Shown: piece by piece, positions 22,201 to 34,428 of the stretch
Numbering within the stretch: position 1 is the stretch's first letter
How the letters are laid out: each line of letters starts with the position of its first letter
From: the human T2T-CHM13v2.0 reference genome, Homo sapiens
Reading direction: 5' to 3'
Assembly: GCA_009914755.4 (NCBI GenBank)
Contig: CP086569.2
Span: 62,272,001 to 62,336,000 of the forward strand
Length of the DNA: 64,000 nt
The notes under the pieces: generated by a model
What the model was told of the DNA's origin: nothing
Databases searched by the model: none
The model's input: only the letters and a program-made list of their open reading frames with translations
Program-made: the position numbers and the translations under genes

Positions 22201-25200
22201 ACTTAAGGTGATCTGTAAAACTATACTCAACATGGAAAGAGGTTCATAATACATTACTGAGTGAGAGAAATATATTACAAAATATTATGAATGGTATCAT
22301 CCTATGTTTGCCTTCTCTGTGCCTGCCCTACTTTTGCTGAATATCACAGGAAAAAATAACCCCACCATGTTTTATAATAAATTCATGTTCACAAACCTCA
22401 AATCAACATATTATCTGACAATCTTACCACTTTTCCCCAAGTTTACTCTTCCCACTCTTTGAGCTGATTAGTCCATAAGTATTTCTCTTTCCTCAAACCA
22501 CCAATACCACCTCTCCCAACTTATTCTGAGCCAATGAACTTGCTTTCCTTTTGTCATATTCTTAAAATGAAGGAGCTATCCTTTGCTTAAAGCTCAATGC
22601 CTTCTCACCATCCCCTCTTACCTTCTTTTCTCCTTTAGTCTTCCCCCTGCTGCCCTCCCTTGCTCGCATCACCAATTTTCCCATCTCTTTTAGATCCTTC
22701 TTACATGCAAATTTGTTCTGGGATATCCTAGCTTAAATAAAATCCTTTCCTGGACCTTACATCTCCATCTAGCTACCAAATTTCTTCCTCCCTTCAGGGA
22801 AAAACTTCTCAAAAGAGTTTTCTACACAAGCTATCTCTACTTCATCACCTCTTTGATGTGGCTTTTGTGAACCCAGAAAATGTCAGACAGGTCTCTCGCC
22901 CAGGTTGAGGATGCATGCCCGTGACACAGCCTCGGGAAGTCCTAAGGACATGTGCCCAAGGATGCAGCTTGGTTTTATACATTTTAGGGAGGCATGAAAC
23001 ATTAATCAAGTACATTTAAGAAATACATTGGTTTGGTCCAGAAACGCGGGACAACACAAAGAAGCGGGTGGGGGATCCAGGCCATAGGTAAATTTAAACA
23101 TTTGCTGGTTGACAATTGATTGAGTTTGTCTAAAGACTTGGGATCAATAGAAAGGAATGCTTGGGTTGTGATGAGAAGTTGCAGAAACCAAAAAGTTTTA
23201 TCATGCAAATGATGAAGCTTTTAGCTAGCAGGCTTCAGAAAGAACAGGCTGTAAAATGTTTCTTATCAGACTTAAAGTCTGTGTTGATGTTCATGCCAGA
23301 GAGGTATAATGAGGCGTGTCCAACCCCCACTTCCCTTCATGGCCTGAACCAGTCTTTCAGGTTAAATTTTAAGAGCCCTGGCCGAGGAGGAAGTCCATTT
23401 AGATGGTTGAGGGGGCCTTAGAATTTTATTTTTGGCATACACTTTTATCCCCACAATTCCAATAAAATGACACTTGAAAATATCAACAATAATATGATTC
23501 ATGGTCCCAAGTCAAGTTAACATTTTCCATCTTACTGTTACTCAACCTTTTAGCAGCATATGTATATCTGACCAAGCTCCTCTTGAAACACTCTCCTATT
23601 TCAGCTTCTGTGAGGCCACTTTCACCTGTTTTTTCTCCTACCTCTCTACACACTTTATTGACTTGTCCTGTTATGGTTGTTATTCCTCGATAAGACCTCT
23701 GAATATCGAAATTCCTGTGGGCTAGATGCTGGACCCTCTCGTATACATTTCTACCTTGGATGATCTCATTCCTGTCCATGGGTTTATATGCCAACTATGT
23801 GCTCATAACATCCAAATTTATATCTGTAACTCTGACATTTATGATTTCTGGCATCTAATTAATAAATGTTTGTTTTAAAAAATGTCACACACACACATAC
23901 ACAGAAAGTTCCCATTATCCAAGGACAGCTGGCACTGAAAATGCCACCAGAAGGGAATCAACTTAATAGGGGAACAAAATTTCATCAGAAATGATAGAAA
24001 AGAAGTTTTATTTGGGACTTTAGAAAACTAAAACCAAAAATTATTAAATTAAGCTTATTTAATCTTATTTTAATTTAAAATATTTAAATTTAAAATAATT
24101 TAAATTTTAATTTAAAATATAATTAATATAATTATATTAAAATATAATTAATTTAAAATTTAATTTTAATTGCAGCTATGCAATAATTTTTAGAATGGAC
24201 AAAGAATGAAATAAGAACTATTTGAGGGATTTGGGGTAGTTCTCTGATAAAAGTGTTGAATGATACAGTATCCTTTACCTCATAAATAGGGTTATTTTTA
24301 CCAAAACGTTTGAACAATTCACTGTTTCCTCCAAAGGTCTCTCATTAATTGGATATTCAAAATACCCATCACTCATCATCCAAGTGGATTTTTTTCACTT
24401 CAACTTAACTGATTTAAATCGTTTTTCATTGGCTTTGACATATTGAAATAGTTATCCAATACCACTTTCAACTTTATGAAATCCTGTGTATTTTCCAAGA
24501 TTTATAATTCTACATTGCAATTAATTTCTTTTTTTTATTGTTAACATTCAATAGTCAACAGAGGACCAGTGATATGATGGACAATAATACGTGCTATTGT
24601 TTAGCAGAAAGGGGTTTTTGAGGAGGACTAATTTTATAAGTGGTTAATTTACTGGTGAAAATTTCTATGGTATAAGGGACTTTTCTTTACTATACATCAT
24701 AACTTATAAGCACTCAGAAAAAAATTAAAAATAATTGTATATACACATACACACATGCACATGTCTACACATGTATATATAAAGTCTTGTGAGATAGAGG
24801 CCCCAAATTGCAGGATGAAAGTTGATTTTTATATTTTTCTTATTTCCTGTGACATTTTCTGATTTTTTTCTTATTTCCTGTGAACATTTTTTGATTTTTC
24901 TATTACTGGTCATGCATGACTTGTATAAATAAACTATCATGACTTATTAAATGAAAGTAGGCTTTGAATAGTGTTTGAAAACAATGAGGTTTATAGTCCC
25001 TGTCTGGTGACAGCTTTCATTTGCATTTGTATCACAAACTGTCAACTGAAATTAGACCTTGGTAGTCATGTAATTCTAGAGTCATTAAGCCCAAAATTAC
25101 AGGGTACCAGTTGCTAGGGACAAATAACAGACTTGAAACTACAACATGAGAGATTAAGGTTATATTTACTAAAGAATATTCTGACAGTTCATGTTGTTAA

Positions 25201-26305
25201 TTCTGGAAGCATGACTGCAAACTGAAAAATCTGACTCCAGTTTAGAATTAAATCAAATCCCATTTTGAGATTTGAGGATTAAATAAATAGGTTGTCATAG
25301 TCTCTGCTTTTTCAGCATTTTCTAAACCATGTTGCTTATCAGAATCATCTGGGTCTCTTGCTACAAATACAGATCCTCATGTTGCACCCTCAAAAATGTG
25401 ACTTTGTAGGCCAGGAATATCAGCTAACCATAGGTGATTCTGAAGTAGCTTATCGATACAACCGTGTTTAGGAATCAATGTTTTAGGCCAATGGTTCTAG
25501 GAAGAAATCACCAAGCCCTTGGTGAATGAACATTTACACTCACTTCATGATCACATAACAGAGAGTTTCCTAGGGTATGGTCCTCTTTGGGCAATACAAA
25601 TTGTGATACAATTTCTACTTGTATCAACTGCCTATCCTTCCCAACCAAAAAAAAGTGAGAATCAACAGTGTTACTCCTCAGTATCAAGCACCAAAAAATA
25701 GAATGCAGCAAAATTTGAAAGGGAAAAGCAGTCACTTAAAGCAAACCTTTTGTCAGACTCCAATACATCCAGATCATAAAAAATTTAAAACTGAAAGAAT
25801 TCTTAGACCAGCTAATTCAACCTCATAATTTTACAGATGAGAGTCAGAGAAATGAAGTCATATGATAGTGGCAGAGTTGTTACAAAACCCAGGACACAAG
25901 TACTCTTACACTTGTGTGTTTTTCCACTTTACCATGTATTTAATGAATCCATTATGAATATTATTGGAGTTCCTTGAGAGCATGTATCTCTACTACTTAG
26001 CACACTTCCTGGCACATGATGCCTGGGTAAAAGTTTGTTGAATTGAATGCTCTGTTTAAACTCCAAGTAGTAAAAATTAAAGTCATGGTGATAGCTTCTA
26101 AACATATTTACCTAGAATGTTGGCCTTTCTAATTTGTCGGAGTAAAGCTGTGTGAATAACTCTCTCAATAAATCTGGGACAACTGAATTATGTTGCCTTA
26201 ATGACTGAAAAAAAGAGAAGTCCCTTTTGTGGGATTTACTACGTAAGTAGTGACGTTTTCCCTATTACATCTCTGCCCCCACTCATCCTTGAAGATGCAG
26301 TTCGG

Positions 26306-26417
26306 CTGTGAAGTCAGCTTGCTGTGAAGTCAGCTTGCTGTGAAGTCAGCTTGCTGTGAAGTCAGCTTGCTGTGAAGTCAGCTTGCTGTGAAGTCAGCTT
26401 GCTGTGAAGTCAGCTTG
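26306..26417. repeat. Minisatellite: 16-bp unit ctgtgaagtcagcttg x 7 perfect tandem copies
   Basis: Read directly; no mismatches between copies. Confidence 0.95.
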
Positions 26418-27199
26418 CGCTTGGCCACAGAGGAAGCTGCATTGTATTAATATAAAGGGTACTTTGGAGACAAAACAGAGTTGCATTTGATTTTCAGCTT
26501 TGCTATTAAGGTACTTAACCTCTTTAAACCTAAGTTTTCTCACCATTGTTCACTATATCCTTAGATATATCTACACCATGGACATGTCTATGGATTGTTT
26601 TTAAAATTCTACTTGTTGCTGGAATTTCAAGAAATGGACTTCAAGATGATACTACCCAGGATTGTTGGAATATTCATTGAAACCATGTATATTTTTCAAA
26701 AAACAGAATGTAAGAAATCTTGCCTGACATATAAGGGGAACTCAACAAATGCAGTCTCCAAGAGGACAGGAACTTTGTTTTGTGTACTGTTGTATTAGTG
26801 CCTTGGACATAGCAGAAACTCAACAAATAATGCTCATGTGTTTCCCTTCCTTCCTCTGCCTACTTTGTTAATAAAATATATTTCATATCAACTATCATTG
26901 TATCATGCATAAATATTCTTCACGTCTCTTAAATTTGTGTGACTTTCCATTATACTTAGAAATTTACTGTCTTCTTACGAAAAGTATTTCCATCTCTCAA
27001 CAAAGTTAATGATCTGCACAGCTGTGTCAAGAAGATGTAGTAATGTTCAATGTAGGAAGATGAACAATTTGAAAAACACACACACATTCCCTGATTTCAT
27101 TCGTGTCACATATGGACTCATGGCTTTCAAACACTCAAACATAACATGAAAACCATTACCTTCGCATTCGAGCTACCTGAAGTTTTTGTTTTTTTCCTT

Positions 27200-28100
27200 A
27201 CAGGGAACCACCGCAAGCACAGATTTGAAATAAAATTGAGGGCAGTAGTATCAGGAAAAAAATCGTTGGGAATGTGTTGGAGAGAGTAAGGGTCCAGCAG
27301 GCAGCTGCGTTCTGGCTGGACTTGCAGTCCTACCTCCGTGGCCCCAAACTCGGGGGTGATTTAGAGCAACGCCTTTGGGCCTTACTGTTTTAGACTATGG
27401 GGGTGCACTCCATCGGTGGTTTTCCCCCATTATTTTAACCACAGTCTCCTTTCTTTCAGAGAAGTGCTCCGTGTGAATCTCGAGCTGGGTGGGGAGGAGA
27501 AAAAAGAAAACCAAAGCCAATCTGGTCTCCTTGCATCTCGAAAAAGGTCACACGATCCGTCGCTTTGCCGCCGCTCTCCGGAGTCCCGGGCCACGACCTC
27601 GCATTCAGAAGTCACGTTCAGCATCTAAAGGTAGCGGTCCTCGAGTCCACTCCCCGCTGGAGTGAAGAGAACAACGGGGAGGACGCCTTCCCAGAGCAGC
27701 TGCCGCCGGTCCCTGTCCCCGGCTCGCTTCAAGCTCTGCAGCTGCTGGGGCATTTCTGATGAGGGCCCTGGGAGGTACACTCTGAAACATTCCGCCCCTT
27801 GCTAGTATTTACTCACTGTCTTCCAACCTTTTTGCTGTGGAATGCGTGCTCCATGCTCCCTGTCCCCATCTTGGGAGGAGGCAGGAACCGAGATGAAGGA
27901 GGAGCGCAGAAGCAAACACTTTATGTGCCCAACTGGAACTGTTCGCTTTGGTCAACCAACACTGATTGCTCATTCCTCTGTGTTCCCTCTTAAACAGCTT
28001 CTGAAAATTGCTCGAGAGGGGCGGAGTCAGGAAGCCAAGAGCGTGGGAGGCAAATCTCAGCCCCCTCGCTGTCTGTGAGGCTAGAAGCCTCGGTTTTCCT
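27200..28100. promoter_or_regulatory. Upstream CpG-rich block (about 35 CpG in 0.9 kb) with GC box ggggcgg at 28017-28023; candidate orphan CpG island, alternative promoter or enhancer
   Basis: CpG clustering (…cacgatccgtcgctttgccgccgctctccggagtcccgggccacgacctcgc…), Sp1-type GC box, donor-like aaag|gtagcg at 27630/27631. Confidence 0.4.
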
Positions 28101-28984
28101 TATCTGGAAAAGGGGGTTGCTGATAATAATAATTACTTCACACCATTACTGCGATGATTAAATGCAGTAATATATATCTATCTTAGAATACTGTTTGGTA
28201 CTGAGGAGTGTTAGCCCTTGTCATTAGTATGCATTCTGTCAACAAACTGTAATTGAGCACAAGCTCTGTGCTACCCTGAGGAGATAAGAGTGGTGAACAA
28301 GACTAATAACGTTCCTGCCCATATGAAATGTATATCCTAATGATGGTAAATGAAAAATAAGCTAGTAAACAATAAAAACATAATTATTTTAATTATCATA
28401 AGAAAATAAAACAAGAAAATATGTACAGAGTGAACATGTGGCAAGTGGCTAATGAAAAGCCAGTGGTCATGGAAAGTCCATCTGAGGAGGGGCCTGAATA
28501 ACAAGAAAGACATGCACACAGATCTGCAGGTTCAGCATTCAGTGCAGAGTAAACAGCTGACGCAAAAACTCAAAGGTGAGTGCATGCTTGGTCTGTTCCA
28601 AGGTGAAAATCATGCACTTATTACATGACAATGACTTAAAGATGTATTTCTATCCCTGCACATGTAGGGACAATTTATATGGGCATCTTCATTCTCGCCA
28701 AGAGTTGGAGAACGGGAAAGATATGGGAACCTGTCCCAGCTGTTTTCTCATTATTAAAGTGATTGATGACAAAGATCAGTATATGCGCAGAGAAACAGAT
28801 CCAGCACCTTTCACCAACAGATAATTCGTTAAATGCTGAAGGATTTTTAGCCAAAATCCTGAACAACTGGAAATAAGCCAAGGCGGAAAAAAATCTAATG
28901 CCAAGTTACAGACCTTTTTCATGAGGACACCAGTTTTGTGGTTTACCATTCCATTAGAGTATGCATTCTTTTTTAAAAACATTT

Positions 28985-29640
28985 ATTTAATTTTTAAATT
29001 TTAGATTCAAGTGGTATGTGTGCAGGTTTGTTACAAGGGTATATTGCATAATGCTGACTTTGAGCTCCTAGTGAACCCATTGCCCAAATAGTGAACATAG
29101 TACCCAATAAGGTAGTTTTTCAGGGGAAAGAAACTGCTCTATTAAAAAGAAACCTTGCACTCATATGTTTATTGCAGCACTATTCACAATAGTAAAGTCA
29201 TAGAATCAACCTAAGTGCCTATCAACGGTGGAGTGGATACAGAAAATGTGGAACATATACACCATGGAATATTAGGCAGTCATAATAAAGAATGAAATCA
29301 TGTCCTTGGCAGCAACATGGATGCAGCTGGAGGCCATTATTCTAAGTGAATTAACATAGAAATAGAAAACATAGGCCATTATTCTAAGTGAATTAGCAAA
29401 GAAAGTGAAATTAACATAGAAATAATTTCTATGTTAATAGGAATTAACATAGAAATAATTTCTATGTTAATAGGAATTAACATAGAAATAGAAAATCAAA
29501 TACTACATGTTCTCACTTATAAGTGAGAGCTAAACAGTGGGTATACATGGACATTAAGATTGAAATAAGAGTATGGATTATTAATATCAATCAAAGAAGA
29601 GAACCAACAGATGGGAATACCCTCATTTTATGCTTAGAAC
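28985..29640 (+). mobile_element. L1 3'-UTR/ORF2 C-terminus, sense, carrying an internal palindromic duplication (29334-29500)
   Basis: …tattgcagcactattcacaatagtaaagtcatagaatcaacctaagtgcctatcaa…ggatacagaaaatgtggaacatatacaccatggaatat… …catgttctcacttataagtgagagctaaa…. Confidence 0.75.
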
Positions 29641-30910
29641 TTTGAACTGGAATTGTTCTTAATTTTCCATCAAAATTTTAAGAGAAGATAATTTAAAAAA
29701 CTGTGCTGTCCTTCAGTTTCATCATTTTATGTCTTAAAACTAATCACTCAATATCTGATAGCAACAGTATCTATCTCAAAGTCATTAGTATACCTTGGTT
29801 ATTAAGATAATTCAAATTAGCCCTTCCAGTGAAGTTGACATCATCTTTGCTATTTTTAGAAACTTTGAAACTTAAGAAAATGAGTTGCTTCTTCACTGCT
29901 ACACTTCCACTTTCTGCACCAAGCCTTGGGCTTGCCCTTAGGCTTTCCTTTTTAGAATGTTCGTTTTCTGTGAAGCAGGCCTTTTCTGTTACTCTCCATG
30001 CAATGCGTTAGTTGTGGCTTTAAAGAGAAAAATTAGCTCCCAGTTTCTCCAGAGCTACAAGTTACTCGGTAAGAAAGAGAAGTCAAAAAGTGAAATAGTC
30101 TCAGAATTTGGAGTTTCTATATGAATATTCCATAGGTTTCTTAAATATTAGGAAAAGATAAAAAGACAAGCAGCCAGGGGAGGTGAAATTGGTAACAGAA
30201 TGAGAGGAGCAAAACATGCTAACTTAGTAAATAAAACACTTGAATAACTTTGCCACATCAGAGCAGGTATTTCTATATCTGCATGCTCACGAGTTTTTAG
30301 AAAAGGCTAATGAAACTGCTCTCCAGATGGGAGTTGATGTCAAGTCTTATGGCAAGTGACAATGCTTTTGGCATTATCACAATATCATGTCACTTCACCT
30401 AAAAGGTGAAGAATCTACAATAACTCTGTTTGCTGAAGATCTTGAAAGTAGGAAGTGAAATCTGAATAGAGATACCCATGGGGCACATCTACTACACCTC
30501 TGTAATCCGCAACCAAACCAGAGGCATTCTCTGACAGAAAAATATTTCTTTGGACAAAAATAAATATATAAAGAGAGTTGGGTCATCAGCCTTCTTTTGC
30601 CAGAGTGCTGAGAAGAACAAGAAATTTAAATAATCTATATGAAGAATTTAAAATTTCCTTTATATACACAATTTAACTGTGTGCATATAAAATTAACAAA
30701 AATGCACTGATATCTAGCAGGTTGTTTAGGGAATGGCTCCTATAATTAGAGAGAAAAACGGCTTGCCAGAACGTGAACACTCTATTACCAATAGCTGCAC
30801 ATAGTCATTGAAGGTTTAAATCAAACACATCTGTGGCCTTTAAAAAAATTTTTTGCCTGCCAGCACCATGGCTACAAGCAGCTATTAAACTGAGATATAA
30901 TAAATAATCA

Positions 30911-31230
<320 letters not shown>

Positions 31231-31559
31231 TGCTTTGCAAAAGTTCATGTTAGAACCACAGATGGCTCAGATGAACAAAGGAAGATATGTGACGACTCTA
31301 ACTGGAATAAGCTGCAACCAAAAATATGTCCCATACTCAAATGTCAATTATTTTATAGCTATTGATAATGTGTTAGTTCCCTCTACGGATTGTGAATTTC
31401 AAAAGAGAACAGGTATCCTTGATGTAGGTCTGTTTTCAGCATAGTATAAGAGGAAGAAAAGTTGCCTAAGTCCAAACATCCAGGAGAAAAGAAGCATGAA
31501 CAGCAATGGCAATCAGTGATACACTGCAATCATGTGATTTTGATTCAAAAGCAACAGAA

Positions 31560-31920
31560 TCACTAGATTTGTTTGTAAACCACAAAATAACACATCACGT
31601 GAAGCTGGAAGCCATTATCCTCACCAAACTAATGCAGGAACAGAAAATCAAACACTGCATGTTCTCACTTGTAAGTGGGAGCTAAACAATGCGAACACAT
31701 AGACACAGGGAAGAGAACAACACACACTGGGGCCTGTCGGGGTGGGGTTGGGGGAGGGAGAGCATCAGGAAAAATAGCTAATGCATGCTGGGCTTTAATA
31801 CCTAGGTGATGGGTTGATAGGTGCAGCAAATTACCATGGCACACATTTACCTGTATAACAAACCTGCACATCCTACACATGTACCCCAGAACTTATAATA
31901 AAATAAAAATAAGTAGGATA
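31560..31920 (+). mobile_element. L1 3'-UTR terminus, sense
   Basis: …gcatgttctcacttgtaagtgggagctaaacaatg.gaacacat.gacacagggaagagaacaacacacactggggcctgtcggggtggggttggggg… typical L1PA-type 3' end. Confidence 0.75.
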
Positions 31921-32154
31921 GAGGACAAACTGCTAAATCTAAGATGCATATTTGCAGCACTGCCTAGCATAGTAATAATTTAGAACATCTGGCAGCCCTT
32001 TAAAAGTCAACAGACTGCTTTCATCTCTGTTATCTCATCTGATCGTGCTAGGGCTTGGTGGATAGAATTATCTCCATTTTACAGGGGAGAAAACTAAGGC
32101 TCCAAGATTTAGTAACTTACTTCAGTCCCATCAAGGGAGAACTGGATCAGATTC

Positions 32155-32232
32155 CTGATCCAATTGCCAGGAGGCAAACCCTGATCCAATTGCCAGGATC
32201 CAATCTTGATCCAATTGCCAGGAGGCAAATAT
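32155..32232. repeat. Imperfect tandem repeat, about 3 copies of gatccaattgccaggaggcaaa (23-27 bp unit)
   Basis: Read directly. Confidence 0.8.
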
Positions 32233-32589
32233 TTCTGCTGTCCCACTGGAATATAGGGCTTTCCTGGCCTGCCCTTCTAGGGTCTGCATTTGCCAGCCCT
32301 AGGATGAACACTTATACAGGAGCTATTTCTAAATGTCTAGATAGCCATGTTTATCAGTGCCCCACCATTCACTATGGTAACCCTAGATGCTGAAAATAAC
32401 CATATTAAGGAAATTAGCCTGTGTACATTCACTCTCGTCATCATCTTGGTTTTGGTGGGTTTTGGCTGGCTTCTTTACTGCAGTCTGTTTTATCAGCAAG
32501 ATCTTTATGACCTGTATCTTGTGCTGACCTCCTATCTCATCCTGCGACTTAGAATGCCTTAACTGTCTGGGAATGCAGCCCAGTAGGTC

Positions 32590-32730
32590 TCAGCCTTATT
32601 TTACCCAGCTCCTATTCAAGACAAAGTTGTTCTGGTTCACATACCTCTGACAGGGAGGCCTCAGGAAACTTACAATCATGGTGGAAGGCAAACGGGAAGC
32701 AGGCACATCTTACATGGCCAGATAATTACA
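32590..32730 (-). mobile_element. MaLR (THE1/MST-like) LTR fragment, reverse orientation
   Basis: …ggaggcctcaggaaacttacaatcatggtggaaggcaaacgggaagcaggcacatcttacatggc… is the reverse complement of the conserved MaLR LTR segment. Confidence 0.55.
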
Positions 32731-33177
32731 CTACAAATTTTAGGGTATAAATAAGATTACTTTAGGAGAGAATATGGAGTAAGAGGGGGCTTTGCTAGAG
32801 TCCTGAAAGCTCTAAAGAGAGGCGATATTTAGAGTTCACACAGCTTAGTAACTCAGATCTCTCTGACTCTAAAACTCATTCTTTTTCTAGGATACTATGC
32901 TGCCTCTTAAAGAATAGATATTGAATACAATATAATTAAGTTGATATTAATACCAAATGCGAACCTTTGCAAAGGGGAGATAAAGCAAGGGGAATGATTA
33001 AGATCACCAGGAAGAGTGTGAAGAGTAAGAAGAGAAGATGGCATAGGGCAGAACCCTATGGAATGTGAACATTTCTAAAGAAAATGAAGAGCTGCCACAG
33101 AGGTGGGAGGAGAACCAGCAGGGTGTAGTTCTTGGAAAGAGCTAACAGAATAAAGGGGTTCAAAAAGGAGGGAATAA

Positions 33178-33537
<360 letters not shown>

Positions 33538-34175
33538 CTATTTGTTTTAGCAACACTGTTGAGAATTCTGTCTGTAAAGGAGAGGTGAGAGAAAGACCAC
33601 TAGCTTATCTGTGTTTGGTCTGTGTTTGATGAGGGGGCTTGGGGTATGGGGTTAAGAAAGGTGACTTTGGAATGTTTTAGATGAGAGAAATTTTGACAGC
33701 CTTTAAGTCCTGATAGTAAAGAGCGAGTTAGCAGAGAGCCGTTGAGGAGTCATGCAACGGAAGGGTTCATCAGAGGAGCTTGACTCTGAGTCGGCAACAG
33801 GGAATAGAGATGGAAGAGGGCTGGCTTAGATCAAAGGAGAGTAGTCGTTTATTATTATTATTATTGCAAAAAGAATAGGAGAAAGGATTGGTGAGGGGTA
33901 CAAGAAAATTAGAAAATTTCATGGCGAAAGTAGAGGCAGTTCCTGTCAGATGAATTCTATTTTGTCTGTGAGGAAACGGGCGACGCTGCCTACTGAGACT
34001 AAGCAGGAGAGACGGGGCAAGCTTGGCTCTTCATTTATGCCGCCTACTCATTGCTGGTAGATTCTTTATCTAGCCTGCATCCTCTCATTTTCCTGGATCC
34101 CTATACGGCATTTGACGCTGTTTACCACAAGAGCTGTCGAACGAACGTGAAACACTCAGTGATACTCCAACCGGA

Positions 34176-34202
34176 ACTACTACTCCCAGAATGCAGTACG
34201 GC
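34176..34202 (+). promoter_or_regulatory. ZNF143/THAP11 (Staf binding site, SBS)-like motif aactactactcccagaatgcagtacgg
   Basis: Matches the ACTACA-extended SBS consensus (…ACTAC…TCCCAGAATGCA…CG) with few mismatches. Confidence 0.5.
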
Positions 34203-34299
34203 TCCTGGGAAGTGCGGGGGGCTGGGAACGCAGCAGGCCTAGCCGTGTCGCCTGCTGCCATTGGAGGAGCGCTCCCACTCCCAAGAGGCCACGCGTAGA

Positions 34300-34428
34300 C
34301 GGGGCGCTTCATGCGGAAGTCAGCGGCGTCCGGTCCCAGCCTCCTCTGGGAGCGGGCAGTTGGCGACCCTGCACTGACCCGCGTCCCTCCGTCTCGAGCC
34401 CGCGCGCCCTCAGAGGGTGCCCGGACAG
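34300..34428 (+). other. VAMP7: Putative non-coding exon 1 (5'UTR) of VAMP7; 5' boundary (TSS) not determinable from sequence, 3' boundary is the donor at 34428|34429
   Basis: Promoter motifs immediately upstream, strong donor CAG|GTAAAT, acceptor of the ATG exon at 42438|42439; position inside the CpG island. Confidence 0.5.

Noticed and set aside
23483-23794. 103-aa minus-strand ORF in unique sequence
   Set aside because: No splice sites, promoter context, codon bias or recognisable domain; length is within chance expectation for 64 kb of AT-rich DNA
25280-25500. Possible diverged hAT MITE (…cagaatcatctgggtctc… …ccaatggttctagg)
   Set aside because: Similarity to MER5-type consensus is too weak and no clear terminal inverted repeats; left unannotated
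26306-26417. Perfect 16-bp direct repeats considered as a CRISPR-like array
   Set aside because: Eukaryotic sequence, no spacers between repeats, and the unit is shorter than any CRISPR repeat; it is a minisatellite
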